Shown here one piece after another: positions 26,975 through 41,072 of a DNA stretch of 64,000 bases; within the stretch, counting starts at the first letter, position 1, and every line of letters starts with the position of its first letter. A program made the translations under genes and the position numbers. The stretch lies in the NCBI RefSeq assembly GCF_009914755.1, contig NC_060935.1. The stretch is one strand, 5' to 3'. The notes below the pieces were generated by a model, which was given only the letters and a program-made list of their open reading frames with translations, had not been told where the DNA came from and did not search any database. The DNA is from the human T2T-CHM13v2.0 reference genome, Homo sapiens.

Positions 26975-27720
26975 GAATCTAATTCACTCTTTGACATTTA
27001 CTGAGCGATATACACAAGAAAAATAACAGTCTGTATGTACTCTCAAGGAATTTTTAGCCTAGTGAGACAAAAGAAAAAAATCTTTGAAATAAAGTGTGGA
27101 AATTGTTATAATAGGTGAACGCATACAGTGACAAAAGAGCATTTAATCTGTGGACTTTAGATAACATTTCATCAGGGAGGTGGCACTGGTGCCATGTCAT
27201 AGGCACTCACAGGAGCTCATTATTCAGAGCCTGAAAGGAAACAACAGAGAAGAGCATGTTTGACACTATGGGCAAGTGAAAATCCATGTCACTTTTAAGG
27301 AAGCAATGAGGATGTATTTGTGTGGATGTGTATGGTGGGGAAAGACACCGGTTCAAGGAGTCTCAGGAAAGAAATAAGAAATGAGAACATGGAGTTAATT
27401 TTGAGCTAGAGTTTATGTAAATCCACCAGGCAGTTCAGCATAAAGGATGCCCTTGTTTAGATTTGTTTTAGAAAGGGTAATTTGATACTCATGTGAAGAT
27501 GGATTAAGGGGAACAGAAACTAGTGATGAGATCTGAAAAATAATAAATGTAGATAACTGACAGTAGGATTAGGGGAAAATATAAGGACTTGAAATTCATG
27601 TCCAAGATTACTTTAATGACTCACTGGAAAAGGAAATATGGAAAAATGGGGGCAAATATGATTCAGAGATTGCTCAAATCTTTGGATTTGGGTGTTACGG
27701 TGTTATGTCACAATCCAAGA
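26975..27720 (-). mobile_element. L2 fragment
   Basis: 'ctctcaaggaatttttagcctagtgagaca...agatttgttttagaaagggtaatttgatactcatgtgaagatggatt'. Confidence 0.5.
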
Positions 27721-28828
27721 CCATAGGATGTGTATTAAGATGAGCCAGGCTGATGATGTGGAAGGCATAGTGTAAGAAGAAGACTTGGAAGTCACTTAGA
27801 CAAGTCTCCTCTTCAGATGCTGTAGTCTATTCTATGATAGAGAGACTTTTTTGATGTTCAACAGTCAGTGGTGACATCAGTGGATGATCTGAGCTTGGGC
27901 AACATATATGAACAGTCAGAATCATGTTTCACATTGCAGATAATCAGTGGATCTGAAAAGCAACAAATTGGAGTGTAGAATATTTTGGAATGTCTTTTTC
28001 AAGAGTGTTATTAGGAAAAATGATTTATCGAAATCACTGTCTCATATTTTAAGAATATGTAGTCTTAAAAATTAGTAAAATTTAAAAAGCAAACATAACA
28101 CAGCATATAGTTTGCTTTATGTAGCTGTCTTCTTGTTCGATAAGGGGCTATATACCAAATGTTTAGCTAGTTTAATTGTCCTATTAATTAGCATTTTTCT
28201 GATATGTTGTACCCACAAATATACACATTCTTCAACATTAAAGTAGTGCCTAGAACACAGTGCATATTCAATTACTCCTTGTAGAATGAATGGATGCGTG
28301 TATAAATGAGTAAGTACATTCCGTTCTCCAGATGCTATCTTCAAATCAGTTAGTCAATAGCATTTTGAGTTCTAAACATTAACACCTTATTAATTTAAGA
28401 TATATATCTATTAACTATTTTACCGACTTCGTTGTAGTTTCAGCTGATACTGAGCTTTATATTACCTTCTTATCACATTATTCTCTAACCCATCTTGACC
28501 CTAGATCTTGCCTCATGCTGTTAAGTAAGATTCATGTTAGTAAACATAACTGAGTAGTTTTTATGTGGAACTAGCTGATTTCTGTCTTCTGTCAGTTACT
28601 GGCCTCCTTGGGGGTAAAATTACCTTCAATGCAGACTTTCTTCTTGCACATTTCAAAAAGCATGATGAAAGGTTTAAAAAATAACATATTTTCAGATACT
28701 TTGAATGTATAATTGAAAAACAGTCAAGAAAATGATGGGAACTGTAGTTGAGGTATAAAAGGTATAGTAAACTACAGTCCTTCCAAACCTTTTTCACTGG
28801 ATGACAATGACATTATATGCCAGAAATA

Positions 28829-28846
28829 TTTATATATATATATATA
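28829..28846. repeat. (TA)n microsatellite
   Basis: Read directly. Confidence 0.8.
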
Positions 28847-30738
28847 TTTAAAAGCTTCTGATTTATTAATAATAGAAAAATAGAATATGAATTCTGTAGT
28901 AAAACTAACTTCTGTTCATAACCTGGTATAATGGTGATTTCGTTGTGTTACTATTGACAGTTTACTTAATATTATGCAGGGGTTTTTTTTTTTGGCCTTT
29001 GAATAATTGGGTTAGGATATGTTCTTTGTGAAATTGTCATGAGAATTAAATGTAAAAGCATGTACAGATGCTTTGTGCAGTGTAGCACAGAGTGAATCTT
29101 CAGTGGACAATATTTCTCTACTGAAAGATTATTTCCCCTACTATAGAAGTCTAAAGTCAAATGATGGTCTTTCTAATTTTATTTTTCATTTCTGTGATCT
29201 GCTAATATTTATCACTGACTGTCATTTTCTCTTCCATCCTGAGCTGAATGGATCCTAAGAAGTTTTTGTTGCTACTTTTAGCCTTCTGAGCACCAGACAT
29301 CCCATACAGAGGTGAACCACTCTTAGATTTCCCTCTTTGCATGTTTTGTATATATCCTTTTGTGACGTATTCTCATCACTAGTGTGTGGGTGTGGGTGTG
29401 TGTTCATTGTGTGTGCACATTAGGTGAAAGTCCCTCTTTAAATGACATTCATTTTAAGAGTGTTAGCTTTTAGTTTTTTTTATAAGAATGTCATTACACA
29501 TTTCCCCATTCTTTGTGATGGTTATTGTTCTTTTAGGGTCCTAAATTGCAGGAATCCAGTGCTCCCTTCGCTTCCTTCGTGATGTTTATTCGTGGATGAA
29601 TTTTTTGTCCAGGGTCTCAGCATTTCTGCCTCCCTGACTTGTTTACCTAGTGTTTGGATTTCCATCTAGGGTAGTATTTCTCAATATTGCTTTTCATTCA
29701 TTTTGAGATATAATTCTGTAACATGATTTAAAAAATAATTTCCTATATTTAGGTGAATGATGTTTTCAGTAGCATTAATGGTGGTTAATATGACATTCTT
29801 AATTATCATTTGCCTATATATGCAAGCTTTAAAATTTACACCACAAAATTCATTTTCTTCATTTTTTCTATAAGTGAAGAAAACTTGAAATTAAATATTA
29901 CTCATCTGTTGCACAAATGTAGTAATAATCATTCATATATTCAGCAAATATTTGTATGTATTTCCAGTACATATCAGGAACTATTATGGAGCTGGAAATA
30001 CAATGAAGAACTAGCCAGACAAGATCTCTGTTCTCATGGGGCTTATATTATAACAAGAATTTCAGGTGTTGATAAACACAATGAAGCTAATACGGTAAGG
30101 TTATGTGATACACAATAGTCAGTGGGACCAGCTGTTGTAGCAGGTTTCTCTAAAATGCAGCAACATTTTAGCTGAATCCCAAATAATGAAAAGTAGGTAA
30201 ACATATTGAAATTTGTGGAATGAGTTTCAGGAAGAATTAAAAGCAAGTCCAAAGGGACTGAGGTTTCAAGTCTTGGTGTGTTTTAGGAATGTCTTTGTGA
30301 CTGAAGAGTAGTGGACAAAAAGGGAATAGGAAACAAATGAATTCAGAAAAAAAAAAAAAAAAGACAGATTTGGGCCATAGAAGACCTTGGAGGCCATAGA
30401 AATAAATTTTGACTTATATTGAGTGTAATACAAAATATTTAAGAATTGTAAGCAGGCCTGTATTATAATCAGATTTACATTAACAAAATGATTCTATTCA
30501 TTTGTGAAGAATGGATTATGGAGGGGCAGTAGGGGAAGCAATAGGTCCAAGTTGGTGACTTCAGCAATATTCCAGGTGAGAAAGACTGTGCCTTAGGCTA
30601 TGCCAGCAATAGTGAAGATGAAGAAAACTGACAATATTATTGAGATCGAATCCATAGTTATAATGCAGATATTGAAGGGATATATAAAATAAATTAATGA
30701 TTTTCACTAAGTTTGTAGGCTTAGAAAATGAGTGGTAC

Positions 30739-31368
<630 letters not shown>

Positions 31369-31646
31369 AGTGGTACCATTTACTGTGATAGGAAAACCTT
31401 GGAGGTATTTCTGTTAGGGAAAACATGTAATATTTGAGAAGGAACCGTCAAGACAACTAGAAAGATATTAGTTATGGTTTTTATTCTATCTTAATAAACA
31501 GTGAGCTAAGAAGTAAGTCACAAAATTACATTGATCTTAGTTTCATTATGTGAACTTGTTCACATGGTTGTAGAATTTGCTTCCAAATCTAAAGTCTTAT
31601 AATATTAAAAAATTGAATAAATTACAAATTCCCCCAATAAAGCCCT

Positions 31647-31692
31647 ACACATATTTATTTTATATGATCACACATATTTATTTTATATAATC
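31647..31692. repeat. 23-bp tandem duplication
   Basis: acacatatttattttatatgatc / acacatatttattttatataatc, 22/23. Confidence 0.85.
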
Positions 31693-32876
31693 ATCTGTTT
31701 CTTAGAAATTAAAAATATGCTTTTTCTGATATTTTAATGTGTGAGTTATGTGCTTTCAAAAATCTCATTTTGTGTTCATGCGTGGTACCATGTTATTGAA
31801 TAATAAATCACTATCAATTATTAACTAAAATTTTGACAAAATAAATTACAATCCATGTTACATTTTTATGCCAAATAAAATTTTTACTTACTATATATTA
31901 TCCATTTGTTAATGAAACTATAGGCTCTATATTTCACGTGAGCTTTATCTAGTGAAACAATGTTAGATCTGATGCTTGGAAAACATAAACACAAACATAT
32001 ATGTAGATCTACATTTGTGTACACAAATGTGTGTACACTATGTGTAAACACACCCACTTCAAGGCAGAATGTTTATGTTTATTAATTTTATCCAAGATAT
32101 TTAGTCTAAGGTGACATCTAGTTTTTCAATCTATTTAATTCTAATGTAAATACTCAGGTTTTAAAAAAATTATGTTTCCATGAACTGTCTGTTAAAAAGG
32201 GTGTGAGAAAATGTACATTCTTACTATATTCTTACTCAATTAAATGAAACAATTTAGTAAGAAAACTTTTATTGTCACAATATAGCTTTCCCAAGATTAT
32301 CCCAATATTGGTATCAACTCTCTCAAATTGAAAACCCAATCACTTTGTACTCCATTTTCCTCCCTTCCCCATTTTCCCCTCTTCTGATCCTCTCTCCTCC
32401 TGCTTTCCCCACTTGGTCTCTCAGAAAACTGCATTTAGTTTGGTCTTCAGTGTCTTTGTACACAATGATCTTTTTATAAACACACTAGATTTGACACTGT
32501 TCTTGGTCTTGAAATAACATTAGTCAAAACTATTGCAAATAAAGTATGAGTAGGGTCTCAAGGTGAAATAAGGTAGACTTTTATTTTGTTCAAAAAATAA
32601 GGAGAATATTTAAGAAAAACTATAAATTTGTCTTGGGTGAGGACTTTTTCCATGCTCATGAATTTTAAAATATGATAGTTTTTTATTTACTTATTTCGAC
32701 AGAAATCCCACAAGCTTCCCTCCTCACCCCCTGATTTTTCTCCTTCTTGAATGGGATCAGTATTTTGGAAGCCTGCTACATATTTTCAAATAGATTCCAT
32801 TTTCATTATTGATTAGAAAAATAGTTTGCAACTCCACTATTAGTAAAGTGAATTTTTAAAAATTATAATAAAAGTT

Positions 32877-33276
<400 letters not shown>

Positions 33277-34689
33277 TTATTGTCTTATAGATCTTGACTA
33301 TGATATGGTAGTTGTGTCTCTGAGACTCAGGGGTGGTTTAAAAGAAAATGAAACCGAATTGACTGTCAGTGAATTGGGAGATTACACTACTCCTATTTTA
33401 TCAAATGTCATACAGAAGACACACACTATGTCGAGCCTTCCTCAGAGTTGTAAATTCACAGAACACTAGAAAGCTTTTCTTCTTAGAGAGTATTAAACTT
33501 TTTTTTTTTTTTTTCCTAATTTCACTGCCCTTCCAAAACAGTGTTAAAAGCACCCTCACCAGATGCCTGGTATATCAGCAGCAACTTAAATAATAAAGCA
33601 AGACAAACCAATTTTCCACTGCAATATTCACTATTTTGATTCACTCTAAACACTTCCCTGCCCACAAATGGAAAGGTCTAGAGTTTCACCGAAGATATAC
33701 TGCAGTGAATAGACCCAACTCTTAAATAATTGAACAGCAAAATCATTCTAAGGCAGTAAATGAAAAATCTTTTCTGAGAGGTTTACCTTGTTTATTTTAA
33801 AATTAAAGGCAAAAGAATACAGCATGATTTAAAGTAGAACTACAGAAAGCTGCAGTATTCTCAGTCCTAGACCACCAAGATTTCTCATGCTGGTGTTTAA
33901 ATGAGGAGCTCATAATATGCAACACAGAACAATTAAAAACATCTGGACGTAAAAAACCTATCAACATCTCATAGAATCCTTTTCAATAAAATTATAATGG
34001 CATTGGGTTTTCAATTTAAAAAATAAGACAGATACAAATTTCCAATAAGGATACAGCTATGCAAAAGAAATACATAGTGGGTTTTGTTACTTTCTAAAAC
34101 CAATTATGTATAAGATTGAATGGCCAATTTTAAATCTATGCAGTATGGCATATTCAGTTGAGGGACCTTGGATTTGTAGCATTTAATTACCAATGAATGT
34201 AACTTTGCTAGGAGTTACAGTTACTTGTCAAACCAGAGTGGGTCAGAATTCAGGGGTTATCTCTAGGAACAAGGCATATTTCTGCTTTCTTCAGGCCCAA
34301 GATAACTTACAATATCTTTTCAAAGTTTTATTTATAGATAAACTACAAAAAGATCACTAAGAAATCTTAAGAAATATTTTTTATTATTAATTTATTACCA
34401 ACATTTATGGAACACTGATGACACAATGAGGAGGGCAAAATTTCTACCTGAAAGGTCACTGCAATCTTGCAGTGAAATCAGATGTTAACTAAATAATAGC
34501 ATACCGTGCTATTCTTAAGGAAAAGTACATTCAAAGGTCTTGAAACTTGAGGGAACATTTTAGGTGAAAAGAATTATAGCAGGACAATATGACTAAAATA
34601 GAAGGGGTGTAGGGGCATGATGGAAGTTGAGGCTGAAGAGGTAGGTGGAAACCAGACCAGGCAAGGGCTTGTGGTCTATTATCAACTCT

Positions 34690-34786
34690 GTCTTCGAATC
34701 AGTAATCTCTGAGGATGGGACCTGGGGCTCTGCATTTATAAAAACATTCCAGTGGTTCTTAACCATATTAATGTTTGAGAACACTG
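34690..34786. mobile_element. MER5-type hAT-Charlie MITE fragment
   Basis: 'gaatcagtaatctctgaggatgggacctggggctctgcattt...gtttgagaacactg'. Confidence 0.6.
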
Positions 34787-35013
34787 GCCTGTGAACAACT
34801 CTTAGTGACTGTCTTTAGAAGCCCAGGCTTCATTGTGGATAACCCATGATCATAAGGCACAACCAGAGAGGGATGGAAATGAATGTCACTCTAGACAACA
34901 GAAAATTTCCACAGAGATACATGCATTAAACTAGACCAAGCTGAATGACATTTAGAGTTTGCTGTAGGTCTGCAACTTACAGATTTTATCCCAGCTCCAC
35001 AAACTTTAGGAGA

Positions 35014-35064
35014 AACACACACACACACACATACACACACACAGACGCAGACACACACACGCAC
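35014..35064. repeat. Imperfect (CA)n microsatellite
   Basis: Read directly. Confidence 0.9.
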
Positions 35065-35766
35065 AAAAGAATTAAAGGAGAAAACTATAGAAAAAACAAT
35101 GAAAGATAGGTAAGTGAGCAATATTCTGGTGACTTCTTTTGAAGACATCAAAGGATAAAACTTACCAAAAGGCCAGAATCTAAATAGTCACTTTTTCACT
35201 TTGGCTTTTCTGTGAGGTCACATTTCCTTTTAATCTCTCACAATGATAGGGTATTTGGGTCATAACACATAAATATTACTGGAATGACTGATTTCATTAA
35301 TGTTCAAAGACACAAGCAACTTAGAGCCTACTTTAGATAGTTTAAATCTATTTTAAATTGCATTTGTAAAAATTCACTATGTTTACTACCCATTGAACAT
35401 GCAAAAATTCCTGTGCAGAGAGATTTAGAATTAAAAAAGTGTAATAAAATTCTGATTAGTGATTGAGAAAAATCACAGGTATCCCAGTTACTGATCTCCT
35501 GCACTACAGATACCTTGCACAGCTACCATCCCTGTGGCAGAAAAAAAAAAAAAAAACATATCTACTAATATTACCCATATTGTTCAGTGGATTTTTTTTA
35601 AAATCAACTTCTGAATGATGTGTCATAACCTGCGTGAATAACAAGGCAAAATTCGAAACTGTGATGTCTCAGTGCTGTCCCAGTCTTATGTTCTGTAAGC
35701 TGGAGGTGGAGGACTGGCAGCTTCTCAGAGATCTTCAAGCTGGGCTGGAAAAACTGTAGACAGGCA

Positions 35767-35784
35767 TCAAGGTCAAGAGGGTCA
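35767..35784 (+). promoter_or_regulatory. Candidate nuclear-receptor element: TCAAGGTCA overlapping DR3 AGGTCA-aga-GGGTCA
   Basis: Motif match only, in repeat-free sequence. Confidence 0.35.
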
Positions 35785-36570
35785 CAAAGAAAAGTGAATT
35801 TGCTTTTAGCTTCTTCTTAGTTGGCTGTGTACAGTTTTAACTTAGGATTTCTAAAGAACCACAGGCAGGAGAGAAATGGAACTCTGAGATCTCTGCAGGT
35901 AGGAGAGAGACCAGGGAGTAACCCTGGGTTCCAGCTTAAAATCAAAGAGGGAGGACAAGGACGTTGATATGTCCTCCTGTGCCTTTTTCAAATGGAGGCA
36001 TTGGCATGATGAAACCCTGTTAGTTTCCTTCAGGAAAAACTAGCCAACTGCTGAGAGAAGAAAAGCTCTGCTGCCAACTATTTTATTCCCTCTGAAAAGA
36101 TAAACAGGAGGAAGCAGATAAGCCTGAATAACCTGCTTCAGAGAACAAACAAAAATGAAATGAAGAATGACAAAGGAGAGAGGGGACTGAAGTAAGACAG
36201 ATGAAGGAAAGAGAGAATGATTAGCAAGACCTTAACCAAAAATAAAGAGTTCTGGGTGTGGGCAGGGGTCATTACAAAATGAAGTCAGAAGAGAAGTAAA
36301 TGAAAAACTCCAGAGTAGGAAAAGTGCGCGTGCATGTATACCTCCCCCACAGTGCACACACACAAAGAAGAGGAAGCACAGCTTTCTGCAAACACATAAA
36401 CACAGAACTTTAATTTTGAAATTTAGTATTTTGAAATTGCTCAACTTGTAGTGATATGTAACAAGTGCTCAAAGATTGTGGGAGAAATATATGTGATTAT
36501 ATATGTATATACCCATATATACATATATAGTTACTCTGTTGCACAAAGAGGGTTAAAGCTGGAATCTTAA

Positions 36571-36660
36571 CATTGATTGGCTATAGCCATTGCTGCATTG
36601 CTGTGATAAGGGTGTTGGAATAAATGGGTATCTATCAAGATAAACTGTTGATAAATTGCA
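36571..36660. promoter_or_regulatory. Candidate NF-Y box (minus-strand AGCCAATCA) and cluster of four WGATAR sites
   Basis: tgattggct at 36574-36582; GATA at 36604, 36632, 36638 and 36649; motif match only. Confidence 0.3.
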
Positions 36661-37511
36661 GAAATAAAATGGAAGGAAAATGTTAGATTGTTGTCTTTTT
36701 AAATTTTCCAGAGAGAAACTTGAGTATGCTGTGAGGTTCTAGAGAGTATGTGTGTTACTTGGCTGGAAAGTTGACTTTGAAAAGATTATTTCCTGATTTC
36801 TAAGTGACTGTGATTTGATAAGTCCAGAGTTAACAGCTGACAATGCCTTCTTGCAAAACATGATTGTGGATAAAAGAAACTTGTATCTAGTTTTACGTAT
36901 TTTTCATCATAGTACTCGCTGCTGTCTGTGTTGGTCGATCCATGAGAGATAGGGTAACAGTGATGTTTAATGTGAAGCAGATTTAAAGACTTAGTGAAAT
37001 AGTTAAAAACTTAAACACAAGAGAAGAAAATCTTATTTGTCAAGGATTATTGACACTACTTAAATAATTGAAATACAAATTTTGTCAGAGAAAAAAAAAA
37101 CGCTTAAAGCCTTCATAATCACTTTAGTTTCTGAACTACTATCTAAACTATCAGAACTAGTATCTGTATCAAAACTACCATCACATAAACTTTCAAATTA
37201 TATTTCACATTTAAAGCACTTTGGTTCATCTTTCAGGTCTCATGTCAGTTGCCACTTCTTTCTCATAAATTTCTTGGTAGCCAAATTTCTTCCCCATTTT
37301 TGAGCTAAGTTTCCTTCTTTTATATCTTTATTGTCCATATGATTCTCCTAATATAAAATCGTATTGTCCATATGTTGTAATTGGCTGTTTATTTGCTTAT
37401 AATGCCAACTTGCCTGAAGGCCAAAAGCCAAGTAGGCCTCATTGGTCTGTCTCCAAAACGGGGCACCTTGAGTGACACACAAAAGACACACAGAAAATAT
37501 TTAATGAATGG

Positions 37512-38090
<579 letters not shown>

Positions 38091-39904
38091 CTCTCAAATG
38101 AAAAACACAAACAACTGACTATCTAGCAGTTATCGTATTACGTTGACCTTGTTTATTTATCATCTCTAGCAGTAGAAACTTTTCAAGAACAACGTCTTGT
38201 TCATATCTCTTGTTCCATTGGAGCACAATGTCTAGCTCATGATTTAAGCTCTTTATGCCAAAGGCAGAGATATTCAGCTCTACACTTTGTCCAGGGAAGT
38301 TTTACACAGAGAGATACAGGCAATTCATGTAATCAGTATGTAGTCACTTCTGTAGGACTTCTTCTTGAAAACGATTAGGGTCTTAAGTGACATTAACATT
38401 TTGGAAGCAGAAGCTCTCTTTAGAAAAACAGAATGAGATGCTTTTAAAGGAGCTTTGAAAGAAGGTACAGGCAGTATAGTACAAATAATCTTTAAAAAAG
38501 AAAGAAAAGAAAATGTGTGAAACATATTATGAATGATCTTAACTATTCCAGAAACTTACAAAGTTACTGTCTCTTAAAATTACATATAATGAAGAGCTTA
38601 AGAATAGGAGTCAAACACAAACTTGATTGCTATGAACGTTGTAGCATGCCATTTAGTGAATATCAGAAAGTGTTTAATTTATGTAGACTTAAAATATTAT
38701 ATTTTAAACAAAGAAAGCAAAGCACACCAGCAGTAGTGAGAAGAGAAAATCTTTAAAAACTTTGGAAAGGCCAAAGTAAAAGAGACAGTTTCTGTTTTCT
38801 TTTTTTTCCTGTCTGCTAAGGGACTATTTGTAATAAATAAATCTCTCATACAAATGTTTGTGTATTTTGTGATGCTGATCTGTAGGATTCAAGGAAGAGA
38901 CCAAGAGATCTCCAGTGGAAGATAGTCTCCATGAGGACCATGTCAATATACTTATTGATGTATCTCTAGTACCTAGAATAGTGGAGATTTATATTAGATA
39001 CAAAATAAATATGTGTGGAATTAATTAATAAATTCAAGAGTAAAATATGAAAGTACCTATCCCCCAAAACTTTTACTTCTATAAAATTGGATATAATAAA
39101 GCAGGATACTTGCTATAATGGAAGAAAAGAGAAATCAAATCTATCTGTAAAATAATGAAATCCATTACTGAGAAAATGGACCTTGAAAAATGAATAGAAC
39201 AAAATATGAGAAGAGATTTCATACTGGAAAATGTTGATGTTATCACTTGACTTGTTCTATATTTATTAAATGATTACATTATCTCCTGTAACAGCCCTGA
39301 TCATCAAGCAAGAAAAAAATAAAATAAAATAATAGTCTTGCACGCTTACAGGGGACTGATATGGTTTTAAGGTAATAAAATAGACATTATTATAACTATA
39401 ACAGGTTTTATTTTTCCAAGTGGATGTGTTTTATTTTAAAAAAAGTTGCTTTATAAACATAAAATATATTATTACATACCAGAATGTAGTTTTCTATAAT
39501 ATCTTGTTAATGATCCATTCTTTTGTCATTCTGAAACAATGAAATATAACTTAAAAAATATGCAAAAATTACAAATCATGCAAAAATCACTAGTATCCTT
39601 AGTAACTAAAGTTTGAGACACACTATAACAAAATTTTATATATACATATATATAAATGTAGTTAGAAATAAAAAAATTAGAATATCTTTGTGTCTTTAAA
39701 AATGCCTTACTGTAAGTTCTAAAAGAGAAGTTTTCAAAATGTTCACAATAATATTAATGTCAGAGCTGAATGAAGACAACATTTAATGAAATATATCTTT
39801 TATTTCATGTTTTTATTCTAAATAAAAAATAAATGGACAGATAGATAGATAAAATGGATACTTTTTTACTTTAGTCCCCTGTATAATGAGTATGATTTAT
39901 TACA

Positions 39905-40065
39905 TAACTTAGAGGCCAGAGGTCTGGATTTCAATTCCATATTTAGTCTGACAAACTTTGTGGGTACTTTTGGACTAATCACCTAACCTCTTTGGGCTTC
40001 CCTGACTTTAAAATGATGTAAAATTAAGCAGTTGATGAAGGGGTTTCCTGAATGACATTCTGTAA
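39905..40065 (+). mobile_element. MIR/MIR3 fragment
   Basis: 'gaggccagaggtctggatttcaattcca...aatcacctaacctctttgggcttc'. Confidence 0.5.
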
Positions 40066-40524
40066 AAATCTACTTTGATTTTGTATTTACAACCATAGTC
40101 AGCAAGAGATGAATGAATGCAATGGCATAGAATACTCTGAAACAAATTATAGTTCCTTAAAATAGAAAAACAATAAAAGACCTACTGTCTAGAATGGTAA
40201 TAACTGAACTCTGCTGTAAACTGATTTCTATCTCTGTAACAATTTTTCAAATTGGAGAACTGGGAAACACTCAGTAATGGTAGAACTCTGAAAGATAATA
40301 TTCACCAAAACAACTGGGATTGCTAAAATCAAAACATCACCACTATTAATTTTGCTGAGAAATAAATTGGTTTCTCATGAGTGTTATTGTTTGTTGGAAA
40401 AATATTCGTGCATTTTCTCTCTTGGGGCTTTGCAACATTGTAAGAATTCCCCTCAGGCTGAGACTCACAGTCAGGTTTACAAGTTGGACATACCCAAGGA
40501 GAGATCTTTAGCTGTAACCCAGAG

Positions 40525-40685
40525 GTAGGTTCTCAACCTTGGCTGTCAATCAGAATTATCAGGTCAAATTTTATTAAAAAGTGCTCATTTTTGAGCTCCA
40601 CTCAGATTAATCGAATCAGAATTTCAGTGTAGTGGAGCTCAGACACCCATAGTTTTACACACGTCACGTCCCCCACGCCTGCCAC

Positions 40686-40716
<31 letters not shown>

Positions 40717-40732
40717 TTGATTCCATTGTGCA
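40525..40732. mobile_element. MER5A-like MITE containing a (CG)n(CA)n tract
   Basis: 'ggttctcaaccttggctgtcaatcagaattatc...tcgaatcagaatttc'. Confidence 0.65.
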
Positions 40733-41072
40733 AACAAACAGAAAAACCTGCAAGCTCATTGCCTCCTCCTCATGTAAGCATTTAATGTATTCAGAGGAAA
40801 AGGTTGAATTTAGATAAGTATAAATTGACCCAGCTCACTTCCTTCCCCAAACACAGGAAGGTGGAGACAGCTATTGTGTTCTGCCTTAGCATTTTCCTTG
40901 TGGTGAGAAACATAAGAAAATGTCTGGGTTATTATCCCATAAAGAAGGAAAGCTCATTATTTGTATTAATAATGCTCATTTATAGTTCTTAAAAGTGCCA
41001 CCTGTTTTATAATTACTAAAGTGTTACATTTTATTGAAAGTTGGATTTTTTTTTGTTTTTCCCTATATGGTA

